NCBI GenBank assembly: GCA_963727525.1
Contig: CAVSGO010000007.1
Coordinates: 2,176,001 to 2,240,000, forward strand
Source: an uncultured bacterium
GTDB lineage: Bacteria > Krumholzibacteriota > Krumholzibacteriia > LZORAL124-64-63
Direction of reading: 5' to 3'
DNA: 64,000 nt
This document shows, piece after piece, positions 8,740 through 18,800 of this stretch. Each line of letters begins with the position of its first letter. Positions within the stretch are counted from its first letter, which is position 1. The notes beneath the pieces were generated by a model. It was not told where the DNA came from. It saw nothing but the letters and a program-made list of their open reading frames with translations, and did not search any database. A program made the translations under genes and the position numbers.

Positions 8740-9693
8740 ATGGCCACCGACGCCATCTTCATACTCGAGAAGCTCCGTTGTTTCAAGGAATCCGATGGCT
8801 CGGGCCACTCCGAGCCGTACATCTGGCCCGTGCTCGTGTGGGTCGACAACACGACCCTGGCGCAGCCCGGACTCGTCGGTGTGGTCGCCCCATCCGTCGG
8901 CAGCGCGCGCGTGGTGATCAAGAGCGACATGAAGGCGGGCGACGTCGTCGACATCCCTGCGGCTGTGAACACGCTGCGCGTACGCGTCGAAGAGGATTCG
9001 AGCATCCTGCAGTTCATGCTCGTGGTCGCGCTCTGGGAAAACGACGACACGCCAACGGGCGCCATGCGGGCGGGCTACGAAGCGTATGTCGACGAGATAG
9101 GCAAGGCCATCGCCGACAACCTGTTCGCTCTGAGCACGGCGACCGGCGACGACCGGCAGGCCCTCATCGACGCCATCAAGGCGCGCGTGAAGTCGCGGGT
9201 CGAGAGCGCGATCCGGGGCGGTCTGTCGGGAGCGGAGAAGGCCGAGGTCGCGCTCCACCTGCTGAACCTCGACGACTTCATCAATGCCGACGTCGTCGCC
9301 ACGTCGGTGCTGGCGACGCAACCCTTCGCGCTTCGCTTCATCACCGGCTCGCCGCGCTTCACGGACGTCTACGCGATCAACACCACCCTGCACGCCGTGC
9401 CGGTGAGGGTCGATCGCTGCCAGTCGCGCGTCGACGCGGTGCGGGCAGCACAGGCGGCCGTCAATGCCGTGAAGGCGGAGATCGCGGATCTGCAGGCCCA
9501 GCTCCACGGCGAGCACGCGCCCGGCGAACCGTCGTTGCCCAAGGCCTTCATCATCCAGGAGATCCGACGCCTGCGCGACGAGGACCTGGCCGACGCCCAG
9601 GCCGCACTCGACGCGGCGCAGGTGGCGCTCGCGGACTGCCGACGCCGTCCTCCCCAGCGCGTCCCCGCGGGCGACCTCATCGTCCGGCGCTGA
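8740..9693 (+). CDS. Hypothetical protein with C-terminal coiled coil
   Basis: RBS GGGAGG then ATG at 8740; 317 aa; N-terminal beta-rich region (SEPYIWPVLVWVD), C-terminal heptad-like helices. Confidence 0.75.
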   Translation: MATDAIFILEKLRCFKESDGSGHSEPYIWPVLVWVDNTTLAQPGLVGVVAPSVGSARVVIKSDMKAGDVVDIPAAVNTLRVRVEEDSSILQFMLVVALWENDDTPTGAMRAGYEAYVDEIGKAIADNLFALSTATGDDRQALIDAIKARVKSRVESAIRGGLSGAEKAEVALHLLNLDDFINADVVATSVLATQPFALRFITGSPRFTDVYAINTTLHAVPVRVDRCQSRVDAVRAAQAAVNAVKAEIADLQAQLHGEHAPGEPSLPKAFIIQEIRRLRDEDLADAQAALDAAQVALADCRRRPPQRVPAGDLIVRR

Positions 9694-9778
9694 AGGCCAT
9701 GGTGGCGTGGACCGCGTCGGGGTTCGCGCCACCTCACCGGCCGCTCCCCCGTTTCGCGCCTATCGTGACGGGGACACC

Positions 9779-11698
9779 ATGAAGACCCTCAAGGACACCC
9801 TCGAACCCGCCGCACCGCCTCGCGAGGAGAAGCTCCCCCGCGCGAAGCTGATCGCCCTGGGGCTCACCGCGCTGGGCATCGTGTACGGCGACATCGGAAC
9901 CAGTCCGCTCTACGCCGTGCGCGCCTGCTTCGCCGGGACGCGCACCGTGGCGCTCGACCGGCCCGACATCCTGGGCGTGCTGTCGCTGATCTTCTGGTCT
10001 CTCGTCATCGTCATCTCCGTGAAGTACCTGCTCTACGTCATGCGCGCCGACAACCGCGGCGAGGGTGGCATCCTGGCGCTCATGGCCCTCGTCCACCCCG
10101 GTGAGCGCGACTTCGGCCGCAGCCGCCGGATCCTCGTGGGCCTCGGGCTCTTCGGCGCCGCATTGCTCTATGGCGACGGTACGATCACGCCCGCGATCTC
10201 GGTGCTCAGCGCCGTGGAGGGACTCGACGTGGCCACCACGTCGCTCTCGTCGTACGTGGTGCCGATCACGGTGGCGATCCTGATCGGGCTCTTCGCGCTG
10301 CAACGGCGGGGCACGGCGGGCATCGGCGCCATCTTCGGTCCGGTCATGCTCCTCTGGTTCACCGTGCTCGCCACCCTCGGCGTGCGCGGCATCATGGGCG
10401 ACCCCTCGGTCCTGGCCGCGCTCCTGCCGACGCACGCGATCGCGTTCTTCGCGCACGCCGGCTGGCGCGGGTATGCCGTGCTGGGTACGGTTTTCCTGGT
10501 GGTCACCGGCGGCGAGGCGCTGTATGCCGACATGGGACACCTGGGCAAGCGGCCCATCCGTTCGGCCTGGTTCGTCGTGGTGCTGCCCGCACTCCTGCTC
10601 AACTACTTCGGCCAGGGCGCCCTGCTGCTGCGCGACCCCGACGCTCTCGTGAACCCCTTCTACCGCCTGGCACCCGGCTGGGCACTCTGGCCACTTGTCG
10701 GTCTGGCCACGCTCGCCACCGTGATCGCGTCGCAGGCCGTGGTGTCCGGCGCCTTCTCGCTCACGCGGCAGGCCATCCAGCTCGGATACTGCCCGCGCCT
10801 GCCCATCCTGCACACAAGCAAAGAGGAGATCGGCCAGGTGTACGTGCCGGCCGTGAACGGGCTGCTCCTGATCTTCACCGTGGCGCTGGTGCTCGGCTTC
10901 CGGCACTCGACCAACCTCGCCGCGGCCTACGGCATGGCCGTATCGACGACGATGGTCATCACCACCGTGCTCGCCTGGGTCGTGGCCCGCGACCAGTGGC
11001 ATTGGCCATGGGGCGTGGTGCTGGTCATCTCGCTCGTCTTCCTCGCCATCGACCTCGCGTTCCTCGGCGCGAACCTGCTCAAGGTCACGCAGGGCGGCTG
11101 GTTCCCCCTGCTGATCGCCGCCATCATCTTCATCCTGATGACCACCTGGCAGCAGGGCCGCCGCAGCGTCTCGCGCCGGCTCGGCGAGGGGAAGGTGGAG
11201 CTGGACAAGTTTCTCGACAGCGAGGCCGTGCGGGGTCTCCCGCGCGTGCCCGGCGTGGCCGTATTCCTCACCGGCACCTCCACTGGCACGCCCACGGCGC
11301 TGCGCCAGCACGTGCGCCACAACAAGGTGCTGCACGAGACGGTGGTGCTGCTGACGGTGGTCGTGCGCAACGTACCGCATATCGGCGGCGAGAATCGCGT
11401 GACGATCAAGGACCGCGGCCACGGCATCTTCCGCGTGATCGGCGTGGTGGGCTACCTCGACAGCCCCAGCGTGCCGGAGATCCTGCGCCGCTGCCGCGAG
11501 CAGGAGATGAAGATCGACCCGAACCAGGTGTCGTACTACGTGGGCCGCGAGATCACCATCCCCACCTCCTGGCACGGATTCTCCCTCTGGCGCGGCCGCC
11601 TCTACGCGTTCATGGACCGCAACGCCCAGCCCATCACCACCTTCTTCCAGATCCCCCACCACCGCGTGATCGAGATCGGGACCGAGGTGGAATCGTGA
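9779..11698 (+). CDS. kup: KUP/HAK/KT potassium transporter
   Basis: GIVYGDIGTSPLY, ADNRGEGG, YGDGTITPAISVLSAVEG, TGGEALYADMGH, LNYFGQGA, GQVYVP. Confidence 0.96.
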   Translation: MKTLKDTLEPAAPPREEKLPRAKLIALGLTALGIVYGDIGTSPLYAVRACFAGTRTVALDRPDILGVLSLIFWSLVIVISVKYLLYVMRADNRGEGGILALMALVHPGERDFGRSRRILVGLGLFGAALLYGDGTITPAISVLSAVEGLDVATTSLSSYVVPITVAILIGLFALQRRGTAGIGAIFGPVMLLWFTVLATLGVRGIMGDPSVLAALLPTHAIAFFAHAGWRGYAVLGTVFLVVTGGEALYADMGHLGKRPIRSAWFVVVLPALLLNYFGQGALLLRDPDALVNPFYRLAPGWALWPLVGLATLATVIASQAVVSGAFSLTRQAIQLGYCPRLPILHTSKEEIGQVYVPAVNGLLLIFTVALVLGFRHSTNLAAAYGMAVSTTMVITTVLAWVVARDQWHWPWGVVLVISLVFLAIDLAFLGANLLKVTQGGWFPLLIAAIIFILMTTWQQGRRSVSRRLGEGKVELDKFLDSEAVRGLPRVPGVAVFLTGTSTGTPTALRQHVRHNKVLHETVVLLTVVVRNVPHIGGENRVTIKDRGHGIFRVIGVVGYLDSPSVPEILRRCREQEMKIDPNQVSYYVGREITIPTSWHGFSLWRGRLYAFMDRNAQPITTFFQIPHHRVIEIGTEVES

Positions 11699-11755
11699 GG
11701 CGGGCCGGCGGGCGCCCCCGGCGGGCGTTCCGGTGATCGCCACCGTCGGTGCGAT

Positions 11756-12466
11756 CTATCTGCGCCCGTAGAGGCTCTTCACCGATCCCCAGGTCCGCGC
11801 CTGAGCCGCCACCGACCCCGCGCAGCTCGGCAGGGCCACGGCGAAGGTGACGGTGAGGTCGCAGGTCGTGGTGTCATCGCAGTGGACGGTGCCGTACAGA
11901 TCGAGCACCTGGTCAGTGCCCACGTACGCCGCGTACTCGGCGGGCAGGCCGCCCGGCGCGATGGTGGCGACGGGCGCCCAGCAGTCGCCGTCGCAGACCA
12001 TGACGCCGATCGCGCCGCCGAGGTCCACGAGCGTGCCCCGCGCCACCGGCGCCTGGCCGCAGGTGGCGTAGGCGAAGTACACGTTGGGCGGGCCGAAGTA
12101 CGGCAGCGCGGGCTCGACGAGATCGCCGCCGGCGTCGACGATCAACACGGCGTAGACGGTCGTGCGGTCGCCGCCGGTGACGTCGGACACGGTCGTGGTG
12201 GCCACGGAATCATCACCCGGAAAGGCCTGCACCGGGCTCACCGCCACCCAGTCTGTGCACGCCCCCACCTCCGCACGTGCGACCACCCAGCCGGCCCACG
12301 CCGGATCGAAGCCCACGTAGTTCCACACGAAGCCCTGTGCCACCACCGTGGTCCCATGGCAGACCGCCTCGATCGAGGCCTGGTTGTAGCCGTACTGGGC
12401 GGCGGCGGGGAGGGAGGCGGCGAGGGTCAGGGCGAGCGCGCACGCGCCCACGCAGCGCTGGGACAT
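11756..12466 (-). CDS. Secreted Cys-rich protein with C-terminal TWGxxKSLY motif
   Basis: RBS GAGGAGGA, signal peptide ..LPAAA-Q; 8 Cys in the mature part; ends VAAQARTWGSVKSLYGRR. Confidence 0.8.
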   Translation of the reverse strand: MSQRCVGACALALTLAASLPAAAQYGYNQASIEAVCHGTTVVAQGFVWNYVGFDPAWAGWVVARAEVGACTDWVAVSPVQAFPGDDSVATTTVSDVTGGDRTTVYAVLIVDAGGDLVEPALPYFGPPNVYFAYATCGQAPVARGTLVDLGGAIGVMVCDGDCWAPVATIAPGGLPAEYAAYVGTDQVLDLYGTVHCDDTTTCDLTVTFAVALPSCAGSVAAQARTWGSVKSLYGRR

Positions 12467-12594
12467 GGCGATCCTCCTCACGGGACTGGTCGATCTCTTA
12501 ACAGGATGAAAGTCATCCAGAACAATAGCACGCCGCGAGTTGTGTCCGCGAGACGAAAACTCTAACGTGAAGCGAGGCATACAGGGGGACCGCC

Positions 12595-15087
12595 ATGGAT
12601 CGCTTCCGGAGCACAATCACCGCCGTCACCGCGGTCGTTCTCACACTGTCGGCCGTGACCGCCCATGGCGATGGTTGCTTCGCGTGGCACGGCGAGGACC
12701 GCGACATCCGCGAGCCCCGGCAGAAGGCCTTCATCGCCTGGGTGGATGGCGTCGAGGACCTCGTGCTCTCCGTGACGTTCACGGGCGCGACGCGCGACTT
12801 CGGCTGGATCGTACCGCTGCCGGCACCCCCCGAGGTGGCCCCGGCCGCGGGACCGGTGTTCGAGTCGCTGAGTCGGACCATGGACGTACCCTACGCGCCG
12901 CTCGGCGCGCTCTTTCCCGTGACTCTGATGCTCACGACGATCCCGTCTCCCGTCGAGACTGAACATCACGACGTGGGCGTGTACGCCATCGACGTACTTC
13001 GCAGCGATGACGGAAGTGCGCTCGCACGCTGGCTCATACGCCACGATTTCGCGCTCCCCGCGGGTGCGGAGGCGATCCTGGATCCCTACGCCCGCCGCGG
13101 CTGGGTTTTCGCCGCGATGCGCATCGATCCGGCGCAGGTCGACACGACACTGTCAGCCCGACTCGCGAGCGGCGAGATCGAGCCGCTGCGTTTCCGCTTC
13201 CCGGCTGCCGCGCCGGTATTCCCGCTGGCGATCAGCGCCCTCGGCGGCGAGCGCGCCGTGGTCCTGCTCTATCTTCTCGCCGAGGATCCCCTGGTGCCGG
13301 CGCCGGCGCCCGGCATCACCTGGGAGGTGTCGCTCAAACCCTGGGCGCAGGCCGCCGGCGTCTTCAGCGGCGTCTTCCCGCGCCGCAGTATCCGCCCCGG
13401 TGCGGATCGCCGCGTGCCGGTCGGCGAGCCCTACCTGCAGGAGATCCAGGATCGCCTCGCCAGCCGTCCCGAACCGTTCGCCCTCACCCGCTGCCGCGCG
13501 AGCTTGGCGCCACACGACATGCACGACGTCGCCTTCGTCCCCCTCGATCCCGCGGCGGCGCTGGCCGACACCTCGCGGGTCCAGCGCGCCACCGTGGCAG
13601 GCTGGCTCGGCGAGAAGGGGACGGCGGCCTCGGCGTCCGTCCTCTCGACCTGGCTGGCCGGGCAGGACGTCCTGTGCGGCATGCCCGCTCCGCCCCAGCG
13701 TCGGCAGCATCGGCGGGTCCTCGCGCAGCGCGATCTCGTGGCGGCCCTACTCGCCCTCGGCCAGTGCGGCGACCCAGACGTCGTTATGGAGCTGCGCCGC
13801 TGGCTGCGCTGCGGCGAGCGGACGCTGGAGACCGCCGCGCTCGAGGCGATCGGCAGGATCGATGCCAGTCTCGCGGCCGAGCTGGCGCTGCCACTCATCG
13901 CACGGGGCGATCGCGTGGGCCGGTACGACGGCATCGGCTATGCCGGCTACCGACTCGCCCGCGAGCTCGTGATCGCCGGCGGCGGTCCGCAGCAAGTCGG
14001 GCCACTGCGGCGGCTCGCCTGGCGATACGCGATGTGGCGACCCTGGCGCCTGCTCTGGCGGCCGGAGTTCGACCAGGCTAGCCTGCGCCGCGATGCCCAG
14101 GTCATGATCGCGGCGTGCGGGGACACGGCGATGCAGACCGCGCTCGTGCGCACGATCGCCGCCGAGAACCGGGTGTGGCAGTCCGCAGCCGACGACAGCG
14201 TGACCGCGACGTTCCGGGACGTGAACGGTCTGCCCGATCCCGCGGGTGGTCTCGTGACGTGGGATCAGAGTCGCGACCTCCCGGTGACCAGAGCCGTCGT
14301 GAAAGAGCTGGCAGCGCGACCCGCCTTGCACGACACGTTGCTGCGCCAGGCGCTCGCGGACGACGCGCTCTCGCCCTTCGCGCAGTGCACGCTCCTGGGA
14401 TACCTCGCGCGGCCCGGATCCGCGGACGTCGCCCGGCTCCGCGCACTCTGGACGGCGGCCCTCGCGGCACGGCACGAGATCACGATCGCAACGCCGCCCT
14501 CGCACACTCGCATCCAGTGGAGCGACGTGACCGTGACCGTCGATCCCGACGCCACCGCGGCTCTCTTCGCCCTGGCCCGGATGCGCGCCGTCCCCGCGTT
14601 GCTCGCGTGCTGGGACGACGTGCCGTGGTCGCGACCCGAGCTCAAGGCGGACGTTCTGGTCGCCCTCGCCCAGGTTCCCGATGTCGGGCGGGATCACCCC
14701 GAGGTCCAGGCAGCCGCGCTGCGCTTCGTCGCCGAGGTCTGGAATTCCCGGGTCACGGCCGCGGACATCGCGGCGACGCTCGGGCCCGGTGCCCATCTCT
14801 ACCACGTTCCGTTCCCTTGGCCCGCCGATGCGCTCTACCGACATCACGCCGTGCTGTCGCTGCTATCGGGCAATCCCCACGCGCTCGCGGCGAGCCTCGG
14901 CGCCGATTCGCCCCTGTCCCCGGTCCTGCGCCTGGCGCTGCTGAGCCTCCTTCGGCCGGATGCCGATCGCGGCGTCGCGGCCCTCATGGTCGCGGATACG
15001 GATGCGCTCCGCGGGTTGCTGACGGATCCGCGGCTCGTGGCGGAGTGCGACCGCATCGCGACCCTCGCCCGTCAGGCGCTGGACTGA
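12595..15087 (+). CDS. DUF2330-like domain protein with HEAT-like helical C-terminus
   Basis: Signal peptide then DGCF, QKAFIAW, DFGWIVPLP, VGVY, L..WL..H.F, PY...GWVFAAMRI, PLRFRF, FPLAIS; later ALLALGQ/ALEAIGRI HEAT-like helices. Confidence 0.7.
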   Translation: MDRFRSTITAVTAVVLTLSAVTAHGDGCFAWHGEDRDIREPRQKAFIAWVDGVEDLVLSVTFTGATRDFGWIVPLPAPPEVAPAAGPVFESLSRTMDVPYAPLGALFPVTLMLTTIPSPVETEHHDVGVYAIDVLRSDDGSALARWLIRHDFALPAGAEAILDPYARRGWVFAAMRIDPAQVDTTLSARLASGEIEPLRFRFPAAAPVFPLAISALGGERAVVLLYLLAEDPLVPAPAPGITWEVSLKPWAQAAGVFSGVFPRRSIRPGADRRVPVGEPYLQEIQDRLASRPEPFALTRCRASLAPHDMHDVAFVPLDPAAALADTSRVQRATVAGWLGEKGTAASASVLSTWLAGQDVLCGMPAPPQRRQHRRVLAQRDLVAALLALGQCGDPDVVMELRRWLRCGERTLETAALEAIGRIDASLAAELALPLIARGDRVGRYDGIGYAGYRLARELVIAGGGPQQVGPLRRLAWRYAMWRPWRLLWRPEFDQASLRRDAQVMIAACGDTAMQTALVRTIAAENRVWQSAADDSVTATFRDVNGLPDPAGGLVTWDQSRDLPVTRAVVKELAARPALHDTLLRQALADDALSPFAQCTLLGYLARPGSADVARLRALWTAALAARHEITIATPPSHTRIQWSDVTVTVDPDATAALFALARMRAVPALLACWDDVPWSRPELKADVLVALAQVPDVGRDHPEVQAAALRFVAEVWNSRVTAADIAATLGPGAHLYHVPFPWPADALYRHHAVLSLLSGNPHALAASLGADSPLSPVLRLALLSLLRPDADRGVAALMVADTDALRGLLTDPRLVAECDRIATLARQALD

Positions 15088-15106
15088 GCCGCGCGCCGTG
15101 CAGGCC

Positions 15107-15571
15107 TCACCTCGCCGCCAGCGCCTCGTCGAACGCCCGCAGCGTCGCCGCCGCGGCCGCGAGGTCGTGGCCTTCCAGTCGCGGCGCGACGGCCCGCAGG
15201 ATGACCGACTCGCGCTCGTGGATCGTCGCGAACATCGTCGTTCCCGCCAGCGAGAGCGCCACGAGCGGTGACCGCCGGTGGGCCGGATTGTCGTGCAGAG
15301 CGACCAGGTCGCGCGCGCCCAGCTCGTTCACGACGGCCCGGATGTACTGTCGCGTGACGCCCTTGCGGCGCGCGATCTGCGGCACCGTCTGCTCGCCCTC
15401 GACGGCCAGCGTTTCCAGCACCGCGCGCAGGCTGCCGGTGATGCCCAGGTCGTGGTGTATCGCGGCGGCCACCGTGGTGAGCTGGTGGCAGAGGTCGCGG
15501 ACGGCGCGGGTCAGGGCGGTCGACTCGGAGGGCGTGGGGGTCGCGGGATTAGTTGACAATTTTATTGTCAT
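15107..15571 (-). CDS. MarR-family transcriptional regulator
   Basis: TVPQIAR..GVTRQ....VNEL....LV....NPAHRRSPLV.LS..G winged HTH. Confidence 0.9.
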   Translation of the reverse strand: MTIKLSTNPATPTPSESTALTRAVRDLCHQLTTVAAAIHHDLGITGSLRAVLETLAVEGEQTVPQIARRKGVTRQYIRAVVNELGARDLVALHDNPAHRRSPLVALSLAGTTMFATIHERESVILRAVAPRLEGHDLAAAAATLRAFDEALAAR

Positions 15572-15584
15572 ATTGACAAGTATA
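15553..15584. promoter_or_regulatory. Probable MarR operator over its own start codon, with a leaderless -10 box
   Basis: TGACAAT-ttt-ATTGTCA (15554-15570) and TTGTCA-tat-TGACAA (15565-15579); minus-strand TATACT lies 7 nt before the ATG. Confidence 0.65.
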
Positions 15585-15624
15585 TTACCTTATCTCGGCC
15601 AAATCGAGGTCCCAGTGGGGGATC

Positions 15625-15671
15625 GTGGTGCCGGCACCACTCGCGTAAGATAAATACATAAAATGGTTTAC
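15625..15671. repeat. Palindrome + AT-rich element, copy A
   Basis: Perfect 16-bp palindrome GTGGTGCCGGCACCAC followed by CGTAAGATAAATACATAAAATGGTTTAC; aligns without gaps to 19031-19077. Confidence 0.5.
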
Positions 15672-15726
15672 TGGGTTTTACTGATTACGGCGCCCCGGCC
15701 TGCCCGGCGGCGATTCTCATCACATC

Positions 15727-15755
15727 TTTACAGGGGCGGGCCGGTCCGCTAGGAT
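15727..15755 (+). promoter_or_regulatory. Putative sigma70 promoter of the M6 protease gene
   Basis: TTTACA-N17-TAGGAT, followed by a 5'-UTR hairpin at about 15760-15789. Confidence 0.5.
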
Positions 15756-15871
15756 TCACGATGATCTCTGTCTGCTTTCAGAAATCATCACTGCCTCCCA
15801 CCTGCCAGACAGAAGCCATACCGGCGCGACCCCCCGCGCCGGTACCCGCCTATTGCTGAAGGAGGAACTCC

Positions 15872-18800
15872 ATGCACTCCTCACGCCTCGCATTCCTGCT
15901 GGCGCTGATCGCGGCCTGCCTGTTGCCCGCGCTGTCGAGCGCCATCCCCGCGATCCAGACTCCCGTCGACACCACGCAGCCGGACGGCACCCCGCTGACC
16001 GTCCGCCTCTATGGTGACGAGTGGTACCACTTCTATGAAACGCAGACCGGCTACGCCATCGTCCAGGACGCGGACGGCTGGTGGTCGTACGCCGAGCTCG
16101 ACGCCGATGGGCGTTACACGGCGTCATCCTATCTCGCCGGGAAGTCGGCGCCCGGGCTGAGCGCCTTCCTCGCGCGCGTGGGGCCGAACCTGCGCGAGGA
16201 CTCCCGCTACTGGACCGAGAGCCACGACCGGTTCTTCGACCGCACCCTGCCGGGCATTCTCGATCAGGCCGAGAAGATGGCCGACGCGCAGGGACGCGTC
16301 AGCATGTCGGTGCCCGTGGTGCTCATCCAGTATCCCGACTTCTTCGCGAGCCAGACGGTCGCGTCGTTCAACGACATGATGAACACGACCGGGTACAACG
16401 GTACGGGCAGCTTCCAGGACTACTACATGGAGGACTCGTACGGCAACCTGACGGTGACGGCCACGGTCTTCGGCTGGTACACGGCGCCCAATATCCGCCA
16501 CTACTACCGTCACGACATGGGCGCGCTACCGAACCTCAACAAGGCCCGCGAGCTCGTGCGCAACGCCGTCGACCAGGCGGAGTTCACCGGTGGCGCGGCC
16601 TGGGGCCCATTCGACAACGATAGCGACGGCAACGTCGACGTGGTCTTCATCGTGCACCAGGGGCCCGGCGCCGAGTGCGGCAACCCCGAGTTCATCTGGT
16701 CGCACCACTGGTACCTCAACGCCGCGGGCTCCAGCTACTCGGTCACGTACGACGGCAAGCTGATCGACCGCTACATCATCCAGCCTGAGATCTCCTGCGG
16801 CGGCAGCCACATCGAGATCGGCGTGTTCTGCCACGAGTTCGGCCACGCCCTCGGCCTGCCCGACCTCTACGACATCGACGGCTCGTCCGAGGGCATCGGC
16901 AACTGGGGCCTCATGAGCGGCGGCGGCTGGGGCGGCAATGGATTCACGCCACAGACGCCGACGCACATGTGCGCCTGGTCGAAGGCCGAGGTGGGCTGGG
17001 TCATCCCCACCGTCGTACCCGGCAACCAGACGGCCGCGAACATCCCGCAGGTGGAGACCAGCCCCACGGTGTACAAGCTCTGGACCAACGGGATGCCCGC
17101 CAACGAGTACTTCCTCGTCGAGAATCGTCAGCAGACCGGCTTCGACGCCAACCTGTTCACCGGCGGCCTCGCCGTGTGGCACATCGACGAGAGTCGTCGT
17201 CGCACCGACAACACCGACAACGCCGACGAGACGCACAAGCTGGTCGATCTCGAGGCTGCCGATGGCAATCTCGACCTGGACAACGCCGTGAACCGTGGCG
17301 ACAACGGCGACCTATTCCCCGGAAGCAGTACCAACCGCTTCTTCAACGGCAGCACCACCCCGAACAGCGATAGCTACGCGGGCGCCGCAACGTCCGTTTG
17401 CGTGAACAACGTCAGCAACTCCGCCTCTCCTATGACGGCCGACTTCTGCGTGACGGCGACCCTACCGCCAGACCTCATGATCCGCGACTGCGCGGCCGAC
17501 ATGGGCGCCGAGCCGGACATCCCCTGCAACTCCAACTGGGTACAGAGCCTCGACATCTACATCGACAACAACGACGACGGGACCATCGACGCGCCCAATC
17601 CCGGCTGGGGCCCGAACCATCTCTACGTACGCGCCTGGAACAATGGTGGCCCCGACGTGAACGCCACCATCCGGTGCTGGTACGTGAATCCGTCGCTCGG
17701 TCTGCGCTTCGGCGCCGGCGGCAATCCCGGGCAGGTCCAGATCGTCGACGCCACGACGTTCCAGGACCACGTCGACGTCCCCTCGATCGGCCACGTGCCG
17801 CCCACGCCGGGTGGGCTGGGCTACCGCGCGTTCTTCCACTGGGCGATCCCGAACCCGCCGCCCAGCATCGATCACTACTGCATCGGCTGCCTCATCACCA
17901 GCGCCGCCGACCCGCAGACCAGCCCCATTCCCATCCAGGAGAACAACCTCGGCCAGATCAACTACTGGGCGCTCGCCCTCAAGGCCGGCACCATGCCGGC
18001 GAAGGCGGCCGTCCCCGACACCACGCTCACCGTGTTCCGCGAGCCCATCACGATCAACAACCCGTACGACGAGACGCGCGACTTCCACGTCGTCGTCAGC
18101 GGTCTCGAGCCACCGTTCTTCGTCGAACCGTCCGAGCTGATCCTCACGCTGCAGCCGGGCGAGCAGCAGGTCCACACCTTCGACATCATCAAGGAGGACT
18201 CGCAACACGGCGACATCGGCCACGTGAAGTTCGAGCTGTACACCCTGCCCGACAACGAGCTGGCCGGAGGGCTGTACCATGATCTGTTCATCGACAGCTA
18301 CGGGCCAGACATGCCGCAGGGCTGGTCGGTGGACTACTTCCAGCCGGGCGGTGACAATTACCCGCGGCCCGCGCCTAAATACGTCCTGACTTGGCAAGCC
18401 ACCGATTTCGACGTCACCGGCCTCCCCGAGCGCGTGCGCAACTACGAGGTCTACGCCTCGCCCGACTCGAACGCCCTCGAGCAGCCGAATCCCGAGAACA
18501 TCATCGCCCACACCGCGGCCGATGCCGACCTGCAGAAGCCGGGGTACCAGTACAATTACTACCCGAGCAGCAACGACGAACCCGACATGTACTTCACCGT
18601 GCGCGCGGTGGACACGGCCGGCAACGACGGGCGGATGACGCCCATCATGACCGCTCCGCTCGGCGGTGGCCCCACGGACGCGCCGCCAGCGTTGACCGGC
18701 GACCAGCTCCTGCCCAACGCGCCAAATCCGTTCAATCCGGCCACGAGCATCTGGTTCAGGCTCGCCGTGCCGCAACGCGTGCGCGTCTCGGTCACCGACG

